A stretch of DNA of 64,000 nt from an uncultured Rivularia sp. (GCA_963665115.1 OY762007.1:1856001-1920000); one strand, 5' to 3'; positions 24,510 to 36,847 are shown, counted from the first letter of the stretch. Made by a program: numbers and translations. The notes: generated by a model from the sequence alone, not told the origin.

Positions 24510-26666
24510 ATGTCATCTACCTTAAATACACTTATCGAAGGTGTAAGTGAAATTCAGCGTGGAAATTTTTCTACCGCTATAGAATTATTAGAAGAATATT
24601 GTCAAAACTATCAAACCGATTCCGAAGATAATTACTCGGAATACATTTATGCTCAGCAACACATTGTCAAAGCTTACGGTTATCTTGGAGATAAATCAAA
24701 AGCAATTGAGCGTACCAAAGAATTAGCAATAAGCGGACACCCTCAAATCAAAAAATGGGCTAAACGGGTACTTGCTTATCTATCTCCAGAAGCTTACCAA
24801 TCGCTACCTCAAGAAGTAATTGAAAGCAATAATAAACCGCTTTGGGATAGTGAATCTGCAAAGTTGGTATTGTATTCAATAAATGACTATTTAGAATTCG
24901 GAAGTAGTTCTCATGTTGTTGAAAGTTTAGAATCAGCTTGTGAAAGTCTAAAATTTAATAGTAAAGAACGTCTCTATGCACAGGCTTTATTAATTGAAGC
25001 TTACAATCTTAACGGACAATCAAAAAATGCAGTAGCACTTTGTAATCAACTTCTTAACAGCAAGCATTATGTAACTAGATTACTCGCAAATAAATATTTA
25101 TCTTCTTTGTCAAACCATCAATGGGTAAGAAAAAGGAATCTAGGAAAAGAAACGAAATTATTAACTGATAAACAAGCTTCGATTCTTTATCATCAAGGAT
25201 ATAATGCGTTGCTGGATAAAAATTACGCTAAAGCATTCGATATATTTGAAGAATACTGTGAAACTGCTTTACCGGGAACTAGAGAATATTTACAAGCTAG
25301 TAAGTATTTAGTTCATTTTTATCAAAGTAATGGAGAATTGGAACTCGCTACTAAGCTCTGCATAAACTTAATTACCAGCGATGATAAACCCAGTCAAAGA
25401 TGGTCACGAGAATTACTTTTTACCGATTTATTTCGCGAAACTCCACCCGAAAATCCAATTGAGAATCTAGATTTATCTATAGAAACAGCAAGTCTTGACT
25501 CATCTGCTGTCACAGATACGCAATTACAAAGCTCAATCTCAAAGACTAATTTCAAACCTTTTCGCTTAAAGACACTCTACGAATTCAAACATTTTTATGA
25601 ACAAAGCTTGCTTAAAAGTTTAAAACTCTTTGAAACCAGACGAAAGCAAGCAATAGCAACGATTATAGTTTGTAATATTACCGCTTTTTCGATAATACTA
25701 TTATTTTTCAAATTTCCATCTGTTATTTATTTCTCTTTAATTGTACTATTCTCTATCATATATTTATTGTTTTATCATTCTGCATTTAAAGCATTTACTT
25801 ATAATTTTGAAGATAATATAATTCACAAAATATATCAGTTTATTGATACAAATGGATATTTTAATATATCTATTGCATCTTCAGAGAAAGAAAATAATCA
25901 AACTCTTATTGATATACGTAACAGCCAATTTTTCAATGGTTTGATAGAACCCAATTATATTGAACAAAATCATTTAATTAATGGAAGCATCAACAATATA
26001 GAGATAAAGCTAGCATCTATCAATATTAATTCATTAAACAATCATCCTTGGACAAAAATATTTAATATAAATAGAAAACAAGATGTAAAATCATCAGTTA
26101 CCGTAATTTCAGTTTTTGCAGCAATTACATTAATCGCTTTCCGACTATTTAAAGGGATACCTTATGTCTTTAACCGAATGATGCACGGTAAAAACTTAGA
26201 TTTCCAACGTTTTCAGATTGAAGTACTAAAAAATGAAACTTATAATATTCGAGTTTTCAAAGGATTATTTTTCACAGCTAAATCTAAAAGATTATCTCAA
26301 GCATTAACAGTAATTAGACCAAAGCTATCAGAAAATGAAATAAATTTGCTATATTACGGTAAAAAACAATTTATTAAACTTGAAGATGCTGAATTTAATT
26401 CTTTATTTACAGTTTATAGTGAAGACCAATTACAAGCAAGAAAAATTTTATCTGTAGAGTTCATTGAAAAGCTGGTTCGATTGCGGAAAAAAGTAAATAA
26501 AAACATTTATCTTTCTTTCGTCGATGACATGATATACATAGCTATTGAGTACCCAGAAGGAATATTTGAACCAAACCTATTTAAAAGTATGCTCAAATTT
26601 GCACCAGTGCGAAGGTATTTTGAAGCAGTGCAGTTTATGTTAGGGATTGTTGAATATTTTAAATAA
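24510..26666 (+). CDS. TPR-like repeat protein with C-terminal DUF3137-like membrane domain
   Basis: Three helical repeats (e.g. LEEYCQ...EYIYAQQH), two TM helices, then FKGLFF and IKLEDAEFNSLFTVYSEDQLQARKILS. Confidence 0.75.
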   Translation: MSSTLNTLIEGVSEIQRGNFSTAIELLEEYCQNYQTDSEDNYSEYIYAQQHIVKAYGYLGDKSKAIERTKELAISGHPQIKKWAKRVLAYLSPEAYQSLPQEVIESNNKPLWDSESAKLVLYSINDYLEFGSSSHVVESLESACESLKFNSKERLYAQALLIEAYNLNGQSKNAVALCNQLLNSKHYVTRLLANKYLSSLSNHQWVRKRNLGKETKLLTDKQASILYHQGYNALLDKNYAKAFDIFEEYCETALPGTREYLQASKYLVHFYQSNGELELATKLCINLITSDDKPSQRWSRELLFTDLFRETPPENPIENLDLSIETASLDSSAVTDTQLQSSISKTNFKPFRLKTLYEFKHFYEQSLLKSLKLFETRRKQAIATIIVCNITAFSIILLFFKFPSVIYFSLIVLFSIIYLLFYHSAFKAFTYNFEDNIIHKIYQFIDTNGYFNISIASSEKENNQTLIDIRNSQFFNGLIEPNYIEQNHLINGSINNIEIKLASININSLNNHPWTKIFNINRKQDVKSSVTVISVFAAITLIAFRLFKGIPYVFNRMMHGKNLDFQRFQIEVLKNETYNIRVFKGLFFTAKSKRLSQALTVIRPKLSENEINLLYYGKKQFIKLEDAEFNSLFTVYSEDQLQARKILSVEFIEKLVRLRKKVNKNIYLSFVDDMIYIAIEYPEGIFEPNLFKSMLKFAPVRRYFEAVQFMLGIVEYFK

Positions 26667-26686
26667 AAACTGAATCGAAGTATTTT

Positions 26687-26719
26687 ATAAACCCGGTTTC
26701 TTAAAGAAACCGGGTTTAT
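26687..26719. terminator. Hairpin between convergent genes (bidirectional terminator or REP-like)
   Basis: ATAAACCCGGTTTCTT-A-AAGAAACCGGGTTTAT perfect inverted repeat. Confidence 0.7.
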
Positions 26720-26736
26720 GAAAATGCTAATAATAA

Positions 26737-28497
26737 CTACATCCTCTCCAACACCTCAATTCCCAACAAATTTAAACCCAACTTCAAAGTTCTCGCTGTC
26801 AAATCGCACAATGCTAACCGCGATGTTTTAACAGGTTCTTCCGATTTTAAAACCGGACAATTTTCAAAGAATTGATTAAACTTTTCACTCAGTTGATAAA
26901 GGTATTCACATAAGCGATTTGGAAGTAATTCTTGCTCAACTTCAGCAACTACTTCATCTAGCTGCAAAATATGTTTTGCTAAAGTTAATTCAGCTTCTTC
27001 CTTGAGCATGATTTTGATATTATCACCTAAGTTTTGATAGTCAATATCGCCTTTTCTACTAATACTTTGAGTTCTCGCATAAGCATAAAGCATATAAGGT
27101 GCGGTATTACCTTTAAGTGCAAGCATTTTATCAAAGCTAAATTTATAATTACCAGTACGGTTTTGACTCAAGTCAGCATATTTAACTGCGCTAATTCCTA
27201 CAACTTTAGCAACATTAGCAATAAAATCTTCTGTTTCTTCTCTTCCTTCTTCCCCTTTCAGTCTTGTTTCTAAATCTTCACGACACCGGGAAACTGCTTC
27301 ATCTAATAAATCCCGCAATCTCACTGTTTCCCCAGAGCGGGTTTTTAGTTTCTTCCCATCTTCTCCTAATACCAAACCGAAAGGTACGTGAACAATTTCC
27401 ACATCTTCGGGAATCCAGTTAGCGCGGTTTGCTACTTGAAAAACACTAGCAAAATGGTTTGCTTGTCCAGCGTCGGTGACATAAATTAATCTTTTGGCTT
27501 CGTCTTTGCGTATTCTGTAACGTAATGCGGCTAAATCTGTTGTTGCGTAGTTATAACCGCCATCGGATTTCTGTACAATTAACGGTAAAGGTTCGCCTTC
27601 TCTATTTTTAAACCCTTCTAAAAATACAACTTTTGCACCATCGCTTGATTCTAATAATCCCGCTTTATTTAAATCTTCCACGACTTCTGGTAACAAAGGA
27701 TTGTAGAAAGATTCACCTCTTTCTTCTACCTTGATATCGAGTAAATCGTAAATTACCTGAAACTCTTGTCGAGATTGTTCGCAAAGTAATTTCCAAGCGC
27801 GAATAGTGTCTTCCGCACCCGCTTGTAATTTGACAACTTCATTCCGCGACTTTTCTTGAAATTCCTCATCTTCATCAAACCGTTTTTTGGCTTGCTTGTA
27901 AAAATTAACTAAATCTCCAATATTTAAAGCATTTGCAGTAGTCAACGCTTCGGGTGAAACTTCGCGAAGATTGGTAATTAACATTCCGAACTGCGTACCC
28001 CAGTCACCAACATGATTTAAGCGGATTACATCATGTCCCCGGAATTCCAAAATTCTGGCGATCGCATCACCGATAATAGTAGAGCGTAAATGTCCGACGT
28101 GCATCTCCTTAGCAATATTCGGGCTGGAAAAATCCACAACTTCCCGCTTTGGCTGCTTTGCTGTGGGTACCCCCAAACGCGAATCGGTTTGAATCGAATT
28201 TAACTGCGCTTCAAGGTATGATGTTTGTAACCGTAAATTGATAAAACCGGGACCAGCAATTTCTGGCTTCTCGCAAATATCGGAAACATCAAGATTATCA
28301 ACCACCTGCTTTGCAATATCTCTCGGTTTTTGTCCCAACTTCTTCGCTAAAGACAAAGCCATATTTGCTTGAAAATCCCCAAACTTAGGATTTGACGCAG
28401 GAACTAAAATTGGATCGGTGTCGGCATATTCATTACCGAAAGCCTTGCTTAAAGCTAGCTTTAACTGCTGTTTTAGATGTTCTTGTGTAGCGTTCAT
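26737..28497 (-). CDS. argS: Arginine--tRNA ligase
   Basis: [17 protein letters not shown] (HIGH), [16 protein letters not shown]-terminal ERM. Confidence 0.98.
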   Translation of the reverse strand: MNATQEHLKQQLKLALSKAFGNEYADTDPILVPASNPKFGDFQANMALSLAKKLGQKPRDIAKQVVDNLDVSDICEKPEIAGPGFINLRLQTSYLEAQLNSIQTDSRLGVPTAKQPKREVVDFSSPNIAKEMHVGHLRSTIIGDAIARILEFRGHDVIRLNHVGDWGTQFGMLITNLREVSPEALTTANALNIGDLVNFYKQAKKRFDEDEEFQEKSRNEVVKLQAGAEDTIRAWKLLCEQSRQEFQVIYDLLDIKVEERGESFYNPLLPEVVEDLNKAGLLESSDGAKVVFLEGFKNREGEPLPLIVQKSDGGYNYATTDLAALRYRIRKDEAKRLIYVTDAGQANHFASVFQVANRANWIPEDVEIVHVPFGLVLGEDGKKLKTRSGETVRLRDLLDEAVSRCREDLETRLKGEEGREETEDFIANVAKVVGISAVKYADLSQNRTGNYKFSFDKMLALKGNTAPYMLYAYARTQSISRKGDIDYQNLGDNIKIMLKEEAELTLAKHILQLDEVVAEVEQELLPNRLCEYLYQLSEKFNQFFENCPVLKSEEPVKTSRLALCDLTARTLKLGLNLLGIEVLERM

Positions 28498-28778
28498 ATG
28501 TAAATTTTCTCTTAATCTTACTGCTTACTTGAGTGCAATACAAAAAAGCATATTCATTGATTTTGGAACGTTGTAGCTGACTCAAAATTCTACAATATGA
28601 CAGGTGTATTTTACCGCTTATATTTTTCGTTAGCGGTTTGATACATCTATATATAGTCACTTGCAATATATCTACTTATCCAGCTTGATGTGAAAAAGCT
28701 TATGGTAGCGAATTACTTTCTTCGTCGTCTCATAATACGTTTATGCTACATATATGTAACGAGTGTAGCACAAATCTT

Positions 28779-29471
28779 TTAGCCAAAATCAGCAGAATTT
28801 AATCGAACTGTATTTCCAACCGATGATTTAATTCCAAAAATCACTCGATATCTAAGGGTTATTTCTCGAACAGCATTTTCAAGTTTTCTATAATTTGCAT
28901 CAACTTTTGATGATGTTGTAACCATTTTATCTTGTAATTCATTCTCATAAATTTCTGATTCTCCTATTATTGGAGAAAGTTCTTCGATTTTTACAACATT
29001 TTTAATATTAATATTCGCTGAATCTGCTAAAAGCGTTGCATGAGAGTAAGCATTTTTAATTGCTGCTTTTTTCGCTTGTTCCTTTACTTCTACACTTGCG
29101 CTAAATACAGGCTGACACATATCTAAAGTAAATGAATAGCGCGGTTTTCTGAATAATTTTTCTAACGTAGAGACAGCTTGTAATAAACGAGATATCTCGG
29201 AACAGGAAACAATAATTTTCTGCTTTGCTTCCTGTCTTATTCTTCTGCGATTTAAAGAGCGTTCCCGTACATCCATACCTCCTTCTTTTAATTCAGATTC
29301 TTTTAAACCGTTTGATAACAAAGTTTCAATACAAAGATTGCGTAGAATCGTAATTTCATTTAAAGGAATTTTTGTGCGATTTGTCCATACAATTATATTG
29401 ATATTCGCAACGTATTTTTGTACTCTTTCTAAATACTTCGATTCTCCGATAACTTCAATGTGAGATTGCAT
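28779..29471 (-). CDS. SIMPL (DUF541) domain protein
   Basis: IEVIGE N-terminus; AKKAAIKNAYSHATLLA...VVKIEE pattern. Confidence 0.65.
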   Translation of the reverse strand: MQSHIEVIGESKYLERVQKYVANINIIVWTNRTKIPLNEITILRNLCIETLLSNGLKESELKEGGMDVRERSLNRRRIRQEAKQKIIVSCSEISRLLQAVSTLEKLFRKPRYSFTLDMCQPVFSASVEVKEQAKKAAIKNAYSHATLLADSANINIKNVVKIEELSPIIGESEIYENELQDKMVTTSSKVDANYRKLENAVREITLRYRVIFGIKSSVGNTVRLNSADFG

Positions 29472-29763
29472 ATTAATTCTTCTATTGTAGAATAAACAAT
29501 TATCTAAACTCCAGCACTAAGATAAAACAAATAAGGAAACAAAATTGTCAAATGCTTCCCCATAAAGCTATATGCTGAGTACCGGGTGTAATATCCATAT
29601 GACGATGCTTTAAGTAAGAACAATATCGTAAATAATCAGTAATAATTGGTGTGAGGATAAAACAAGATAAAAAAATAAAATAAAAATGGTTTCAGCTTAT
29701 CCCTATATTTAAGAGCCTTGAAAGCAACTGTCATTATTGACGATTTTTGGTTTATTATATCCA

Positions 29764-29866
29764 ACATCTTGCACCATCTAAAAATCTTGCCCAGTCTGAT
29801 TTATCAGACTTTGTATATTAGCCTAAGAATTTATTCTAAGGCGCTGTTGAGAATGGTGCAACTCTA
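29764..29866. mobile_element. MITE-like element
   Basis: Terminal TTGCACCAT/ATGGTGCAA inverted repeats, internal hairpins AGTCTGAT-TT-ATCAGACT; matching end GGTGCAAGATGT also near 63595. Confidence 0.55.
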
Positions 29867-29892
29867 TGAAAAAACAAACTTTATTCTAATAA

Positions 29893-30060
29893 ATTAGTTT
29901 GGGGGGAATTGAAGGTTATTTACTTATCGAAGATATTGCTAAAATTACCCGAGTCTGTATTTACGATCGCGCTGGATATGGTTGGAGTCATTGTAGCCCT
30001 TTTATTTGGGTTGATAGCCCGGAAATTATTTTAAATAAATTAGGTTATAACAATCAATAG
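29893..30060 (+). pseudogene. Alpha/beta hydrolase remnant
   Basis: SLGGIEGYLLIEDIAKITRVCIYDRAGYGWS joined to C-terminal-like FIWVDSPEII; no start codon. Confidence 0.7.
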
Positions 30061-30090
30061 AAAACCGATAATTATTATACTAAATCTCTT

Positions 30091-31065
30091 ATGAGTATTT
30101 CTAAATTAATTTCCCGTATCGGATGGATTTACGTCATTTTATTTTTTCTATGGATTGCATTACGCTTTCTCTTCTTCGATAGTTTATGGGTATTGGCTTT
30201 AATCAATACTTTAGCCTTATATCTTTTTGTTCCTTTAGTAATATTTTTACCCTTTGCGCTGTTATTTAGAAAATCGTACTTATTTTTTGGGCTTTGTTTT
30301 CCTTTGGGTTTGTTTATTGGCTTGTACAGTTCCTTTTTTCTACCGTCTTTATCAATTCCTGTTTCTCAAAACCAACAAACCATAAAAGCAATGACATTCA
30401 ATATGCTTCGGAGTAACACCGACTATGATTCAATAGTTAAAATGGTGGCTGAAAATAATCCCGATATTATCGGTTTACAAGAAGTAACTCCGCAAGCTGC
30501 ACCCATTTTAATTAAACGTTTGGAAAAGGGTTATCCCTATCGTGCTTTTCATCCCATTGAACTTTCTCATAATGTCGGAATTTTAAGTCGTTTTCCCATT
30601 GACAAACTTATTGCTTTACCCGCACCACCTATAAAACGCGGAATTCAAGTAACCCTTCGTTTAAAGAATGGAGAACCAATAGAGGCAATAGTTGCACATT
30701 TAATTCCATTTTATCCCCTGAATAATTTTTATCGATTAGCTCAAGATTGGTATGCTAATCGTGCCAAGGAAGTGTCTTATTTAAGTAATATCGTAAAACA
30801 GTATGATGAGCCAGTAATAGTTATGTGTGACTGTAATTTTACAGATACTTCAGAAACTTATTCTCAAATGCAAAATGCAATGAGCGATAGTTTTCATCAA
30901 GCAGGATGGGGTTTTGGACATACATTTAAAGGTAAACATTTTCCTGTAGGAAGAATTGATTATATTTGGCATACTGAAGATATTAAAACTCTTGAAGCTT
31001 ACGTTGCAAAGGGAGGAGGTTCAGATCATTTTCCGTTAGTTGCGAAATTGCAGCTTGTAAAATAG
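30091..31065 (+). CDS. Membrane-anchored endonuclease/exonuclease/phosphatase family protein
   Basis: Three N-terminal TMs; TFN, LQE, D.N, RIDYI, SDHFP motifs. Confidence 0.9.
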   Translation: MSISKLISRIGWIYVILFFLWIALRFLFFDSLWVLALINTLALYLFVPLVIFLPFALLFRKSYLFFGLCFPLGLFIGLYSSFFLPSLSIPVSQNQQTIKAMTFNMLRSNTDYDSIVKMVAENNPDIIGLQEVTPQAAPILIKRLEKGYPYRAFHPIELSHNVGILSRFPIDKLIALPAPPIKRGIQVTLRLKNGEPIEAIVAHLIPFYPLNNFYRLAQDWYANRAKEVSYLSNIVKQYDEPVIVMCDCNFTDTSETYSQMQNAMSDSFHQAGWGFGHTFKGKHFPVGRIDYIWHTEDIKTLEAYVAKGGGSDHFPLVAKLQLVK

Positions 31066-31145
31066 AACAAAGCTTTCATAATTACTTTTAGATAAAATAT
31101 CAGATAGAACGCGATTAAGTTGCCTGGTTGTATGGGAGACTAACC

Positions 31146-31697
31146 ATGACAGTAACTCTAGCCAAATGGACGATAGCAGAATATCACCAAATGATTGAAG
31201 CGGGAATATTTGACAATCGTCGCGTGGAATTGTTGAAGGGAGAAATTGTAGAGATGTCACCAGAAGGGGAACCCCATGCTTATTTTAGTAGTGAAGCTGA
31301 AGAATACTTAATTTATTTATTAGGTAGACGTGTAAAAGTTCGTCCAGCAAAGCCCATTACACTTCCCAATAATTCCGAACCCGAACCAGATATTGCTATT
31401 GTTGAACCATTAGGACGCGAATATTTAGAACATCATCCTTATCCCGAAAACGTTTTCTGGCTAATAGAGTATTCTAATTCCAGCTTAGAAAAAGACTTAG
31501 AAACGAAAACAAAAATTTACGCTGAAGTCGGAATCATTGAATATTGGGTAGTAAATCTTAAAAAAAGGCAATTAATTGTATTTAGAGAACCATCTGATGG
31601 GGAGTACGCTTCAAAATCTACAATAACCGAAGGGACGATTTACCCGTTAGCATTTCCGGATACCGCTGTATCGGTAGATAGGATTGTCAGTAACTGA
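31146..31697 (+). CDS. Uma2 family (DUF820) endonuclease
   Basis: RVELLKGEIVEM, EPEPD, KTKIYAEVGIIEYWVVNL. Confidence 0.92.
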   Translation: MTVTLAKWTIAEYHQMIEAGIFDNRRVELLKGEIVEMSPEGEPHAYFSSEAEEYLIYLLGRRVKVRPAKPITLPNNSEPEPDIAIVEPLGREYLEHHPYPENVFWLIEYSNSSLEKDLETKTKIYAEVGIIEYWVVNLKKRQLIVFREPSDGEYASKSTITEGTIYPLAFPDTAVSVDRIVSN

Positions 31698-31716
31698 TTA
31701 TTCCCAGTCCAAAATC

Positions 31717-32583
31717 CTAAATGATTCTCATACTTAAATCTAACCATTTTGACTGAGTAATCGGCGCACTACTCGAAATATAATCAACTCCGGTTTCAGC
31801 GATATCGCGAATAGTTTCCAGTGTGACGTTACCGGAAGCTTCAATTTTCACTCTATTATTATGCTGACGAATAACTTTCACAGCCTCCCGCATCATATCC
31901 GGCTTCATATTATCCAACATAATAATATCGGCTTTGTATTCCAAAGCCTCTTTTACTTGTTCTAAATTTTCAGTCTCCACTTCTATAGTTAAAGGATAAG
32001 GAATTCGAGAACGAATTTTATTTACAGCTTTCCCAATTCCACCCGCAGCAACAATATGATTGTCTTTAATCATTACCGCATCATCCAAACCCATCCGATG
32101 ATTAATAGCACCACCAACTTGAGTCGCATACTTTTCTAAAATTCTCAAACCAGGTGTTGTTTTACGAGTATCTACAAATAAAGTCGGTAAATCGGCGATT
32201 TTTTCAACATATTTCCGAGTCAGCGTCGCAATCCCGCTCAAACGCATCGCTAAATTTAAGGCGACTCTTTCACCCGTTAATAAAGCATCAAGGGAACCTT
32301 CCATCTGAGCTATAACTTTACCTTGCTCGCAAAACTCCCCTTCCTTCACCAACGCTGTAAAATCAACTTTTTCATTCAAAAGCTGAAATGCTCTCCCCGC
32401 AATTGGTAATCCAGCAACTACACCATCAGCTTTGGCTATCCACCGCGCTTTACCTTCCGCTTCACCTTGACTTAGAAGAGATTGCGTAGTGCGATCGCCC
32501 CTGCCGATATCTTCTCTTAACCAGTCTTTCAAATGATTATCTAAAACAATAAATGGAGGCAATACAGCAGTTATAGTTTTCAT
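31717..32583 (-). CDS. nadC: Quinolinate phosphoribosyltransferase
   Basis: DTRKTTPGLR, HRMGLDD, IKDNH, MLDNM, EASG motifs. Confidence 0.97.
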   Translation of the reverse strand: MKTITAVLPPFIVLDNHLKDWLREDIGRGDRTTQSLLSQGEAEGKARWIAKADGVVAGLPIAGRAFQLLNEKVDFTALVKEGEFCEQGKVIAQMEGSLDALLTGERVALNLAMRLSGIATLTRKYVEKIADLPTLFVDTRKTTPGLRILEKYATQVGGAINHRMGLDDAVMIKDNHIVAAGGIGKAVNKIRSRIPYPLTIEVETENLEQVKEALEYKADIIMLDNMKPDMMREAVKVIRQHNNRVKIEASGNVTLETIRDIAETGVDYISSSAPITQSKWLDLSMRII

Positions 32584-32672
32584 AATGGTTGCTCTAATAG
32601 AAAATTTTGCGTTCCCAATTCTTAAGGTAGTACTCCACTCCTTTGAGCGATAAATCGCTTACTACAAACCTT

Positions 32673-33860
32673 CTAATTCCCAATCGGCGGTGCAAGTTCT
32701 GCACGGGGAGTTCCGCCACCACCAATACTATTCGAACTATTATTATCGACAATATATAATGCCTGAAACAGTTTCATGAAATCATCGTAAAATTTGCCGC
32801 TTCTAGTCTCGAAGTCATAGCTGTACTTTTTACGAAACTCGTCGGTAACTCCTTTTTCTACTGCAAAGTAATGTGCATCCCAGTCTGAATCTTCTACAAC
32901 ATAAGCACCGTAATTTTGCAAGGCATCAAATATCTTTTTAGCTGCTGGTGTTTGTAATTTAAGACTTTTCTTTGTGGTTTCTGGCGGAATTGCTAGCAAT
33001 GAACCCTGTACTAAAGCATGATTTTGACCACCATACCTCTTTCCTGCATAATCATCGGCATGACTTGCTGGCCAGCGATAACCACGTATTTCATCGTCGT
33101 AAAACAGATATTTTTCCGCCCAAATTACAACTTTCAAAGCGTGAGGAATCGGTTTATCGTTTGTAAGTTCGCCTTTACGAATTGAACCACCAATTGAGGA
33201 TAACCCCGAACCAAAGTGCGCTCCTCCGATTCCTTCTCCATAGATATCTACGTTTTCATATCGCCAACCGTATAGCGAACCTTCTTTTTCGCAACGAGCT
33301 AAGGGTGAAAGCTGTACTAACGTTCTACCATCTGGCATTAAGAAGGCTGAAGCGTTGTTTGGTGTATAGTGTGGTTCTTTCGTCGCGTCTGGAACAATCA
33401 AATCGTCGGGAATCGGTACGGCAATATCCATATATTTTGTACCCGTACAGCGCCCTTCACCCCAAGCACCGGGAGCGTAAACCTGACGGTACGGGTATGT
33501 ATCTTTTAGCTGAAAAAAATATTCTTTGTCTGCGGCTGCTTGCTGGGATTTACCTATACTCGCTTTAACGTAACGCGCATTGGAGCCTATGGGCATATTC
33601 CAAATTGATGTAGACAAAAAGGGCTGCAAAAACTTGTCTCTTTCGGACGTTTTACCGAAAGTCGGACAGCCCCACGCTAAAGCCATAATTATGCCAATCA
33701 AGAAAACAACCAAAATACGCAGCCAGAACGGACTTGTTAGAAATGAAAGGTTTTTCATCGAATAAAACAATCGCATCAATTTAGATTTTTTAGATAAATA
33801 GTTAAGAAATAATAAAGCATTTACTTGAATGATGGTCATTATGATAAATCCCCAATCCAA
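32673..33860 (-). CDS. Hypothetical exported protein (true start probably ~30 codons downstream)
   Basis: Long ORF, hydrophobic leader, Gly/aromatic-rich mature domain QPF.STSIWNMPIG. Confidence 0.7.
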   Translation of the reverse strand: MDWGFIIMTIIQVNALLFLNYLSKKSKLMRLFYSMKNLSFLTSPFWLRILVVFLIGIIMALAWGCPTFGKTSERDKFLQPFLSTSIWNMPIGSNARYVKASIGKSQQAAADKEYFFQLKDTYPYRQVYAPGAWGEGRCTGTKYMDIAVPIPDDLIVPDATKEPHYTPNNASAFLMPDGRTLVQLSPLARCEKEGSLYGWRYENVDIYGEGIGGAHFGSGLSSIGGSIRKGELTNDKPIPHALKVVIWAEKYLFYDDEIRGYRWPASHADDYAGKRYGGQNHALVQGSLLAIPPETTKKSLKLQTPAAKKIFDALQNYGAYVVEDSDWDAHYFAVEKGVTDEFRKKYSYDFETRSGKFYDDFMKLFQALYIVDNNSSNSIGGGGTPRAELAPPIGN

Positions 33861-34587
33861 AGCTTTAGTTAGGGGTTGCTTTCTTCATTTCTTTTCAAAA
33901 AACCTTTAGAAAAATTATAGATTATATGTATTTATTTACTTTGCGCTGTTAGCTATGAAAAAGCATAATTCTAAATGAAGATGTTTTGGTTGAGCGTATA
34001 AATCAATCTGATTAATTTACAATACCTGAATATTGTAGCAACAGGCGCAAGGCTCTTAAACAGGCTCTCTAACGGTATAATCGCAAAACTCTCACTTCTA
34101 GCTCAAACCGTTGCAATCTCAATGCTAAAGACTCTTGTCTCAATCTAATTACCAGAAAAATGTTAACCGAAATGATTTCGTGGTATTTACTGAAGTTTAA
34201 TTAATTATTGTCGATTACAAAGTAAAATAAATGACTTGTCTTCAAATTAGGTTGTTTATCACCAAATTCCCTCTACTTAAAGCTTGAGATCGATTTAATT
34301 ATCGCGATCGCCTAACTCGAACAGCAGATAAATACAACCTTTTATACATATACGCTTGCGAGTATTCAATATTTTGATTGCTGAGCTAAGTATTTATACT
34401 TTTATGTAGTAATATAAAATAATAAAATATAAAAAGTAACTTTTAATAAACTTTGGCTAAAAAATGCAAAGTTGAACGGGAAAACATCATATGAAAGTTT
34501 GTTTAACTGATGGGTGCCCATAACGGCTTTTTTTTTTCATATTGAGTTTGATTCCAATTTTCATAGGTAAAGAGGTAAAAAAGGGAA

Positions 34588-36295
34588 GTGAATTCACAAA
34601 CCCTCACACAAAACAATCGTAAGTACGATGCACGTCAAATAGCGCGATTCTATCGCCTACGTCCTTGGTTAGGTTGGGGACGTGCAATTAAAATTGTCTG
34701 GAATTTTGCCTGGTTTATTCTGGGTCTAAAGTGGGATGAATGGCAGGGAGTAGCCGAACGCAATAAGCTGAGACGAGCCGTTCACCTACGAAAAATTCTA
34801 GTGCGTTTAGGCCCGGCGTTTATTAAAGTTGGTCAAGCTTTATCAACGCGGCCCCGATTTAATCCGCAAAGATTTTCTAGAAGAATTGATCAAATTACAA
34901 GATCAGTTGCCACCGTATGATAATGCTCTTGCTTTGAGAAAGATTCAAAGTGAGTTAGGTCATCCAATCAAAGAAATATTTAGCGAACTTTCTCCGGCTC
35001 CGGTTGCTGCGGCAAGTTTAGGTCAAGTTTATCGCGGTCGTTTGCACACGGGTGAAGAAGTTGCTGTGAAGGTACAGCGACCAAATTTACGTCCGATTCT
35101 TTCGCTTGACTTATATTTAATGCGCTGGGCTGCTGGCTGGTTGACTCCTTGGTTGCCTTTAAATTTGGGACACGACTTGACATTAATAGTTGATGAGTTT
35201 GGTACCAAATTATTTGAGGAGATTGACTATTTAAATGAAGGTCGTAACGCTGAAAGATTCGCTACTAACTTTCGTAACAGTCCGCACGTTAAGGTTCCGG
35301 AAATTTACTGGCGCTACACTACAACCCGCGTTTTAACTTTAGAATGGCTCAACGGATTTAAGCTGACCGATACCGAAAGTATCATTGCAGCAGGTGTAGA
35401 TCCACAATCCCTGATTGAAATTGCGGTAACTACAGGTTTACAGCAGTTGTTAGAACATGGTTTCTTTCATGCTGACCCCCATCCGGGTAATTTGTTTGCC
35501 ATGCCAGATGGTAGAATGGGCTACATCGACTTCGGTATGATGGATCAGCTTAATGAAACTACCAAGGAAACTCTTGTAGATGCGATTGTTCATCTGATCA
35601 ATAAGGATTATACCGACTTAGCAGGCGATTACGTAAAGTTGGGTTTTCTAACGACTGATACAGATATTCGTCCGATTGTACCGGCTTTGGAAGCGTTACT
35701 TGGAGATGCAATTAATCGCAATGTCGGCGATTTCAACTTCAAGACAATAACCGATGAGTTTTCTAAACTCATGTACGAATTTCCTTTCCGAGTCCCCGCT
35801 AAATTTGCTTTAATTATTCGTTCCTTGGTGACTCAAGAAGGTATTGCACTATCGCTAAATCCTAACTTCAAAATTGTAGAAGTCGCATATCCTTATGTAG
35901 CGCGGCGATTGCTAACGGGTGAATCTGCCCAACTGCGACGAAGATTAATCAACGTACTGTTCAAAGATGGTACATTCCAATGGGAACGATTGGAAAATAT
36001 GATTGCGATCGCGCGTACCGACAACGATTTTGATTTGTTACCCACAGCACGAATGGGTCTAGAGTATTTACTGAGCGATGAAGGTAAGTTTCTGCAACAG
36101 CAGTTGGTACTTGCACTCACTGAAGATGACCGTTTACACGCCCAAGAAGTGCAGCGCTTGTGGAATATGGTCAAAGACGATTTAAATCCATCTCGCTTAT
36201 TCGGTGCGGCTTTTGGAGTTTTGACTCAGTATTCCCGAGAAAGAGTTGCAGCAATATTACCTCCCTTGGGCACTTCTAGTTCTATGAATAAATGA
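34588..36295 (+). CDS. ABC1/UbiB/AarF atypical kinase; +1 frameshift at 34852-34855, probably sequencing error
   Basis: Removing one C gives KVGQALSTRPDL; AAASLGQVY, VAVKVQRP, HADPHPGN, DFGMM. Confidence 0.92.
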
Positions 36296-36472
36296 CTGTC
36301 GTTTACCGACAAATTGGTTTATAGAGACGTGATATATCGCGTCTCTAGATTATTTATAGAAACAGGGAAAATTTTTCTTTGTGCAATCGGGGTTAGGTTT
36401 ACGAAATTTCAAGTAAAATGCAATACTTATTAAACAACCTCTTAGAAGGCAGTATATAAATTAGGAGTTTTC

Positions 36473-36847
36473 ATGTATTATTATCCTTCAGATCCCCCGT
36501 ATTTAATTTTAGTTTTGGGATTTTTTATCGCCGTAACTTCCGGTGCTGCATTAAGCGGAACTTTAAAAGTAATTTCAAAAACATGGCGTAAAAAGGGTGC
36601 TGAAAATTCTGCTCCTCGTTTCTCCAATAAACAGTTGGTTGTACCATTTATCGGTATTACTATCGGTATTGGATTATTTCTTTGTTCGGGTTTAGCAATA
36701 TTTGGTTTTCCAAATTGGCTAGCTTTAGCAATTGGTTTACCAATTACTCTTTTAACCTGCATCTTAACTGGTTTTCAACTAGGAAGTATGATGACTTATG
36801 CTGAAAGCCGAGGATTTCAATCTTTGGATTTGGATTCTTTTAGCTAG
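36473..36847 (+). CDS. Small membrane protein (three TM)
   Basis: 124-aa ORF with AGGAG RBS, followed by hairpin plus T-tract. Confidence 0.8.
   Translation: MYYYPSDPPYLILVLGFFIAVTSGAALSGTLKVISKTWRKKGAENSAPRFSNKQLVVPFIGITIGIGLFLCSGLAIFGFPNWLALAIGLPITLLTCILTGFQLGSMMTYAESRGFQSLDLDSFS

Noticed and set aside
28497..28779. T-box or riboswitch upstream of argS
   Set aside because: No T-box consensus or antiterminator seen.
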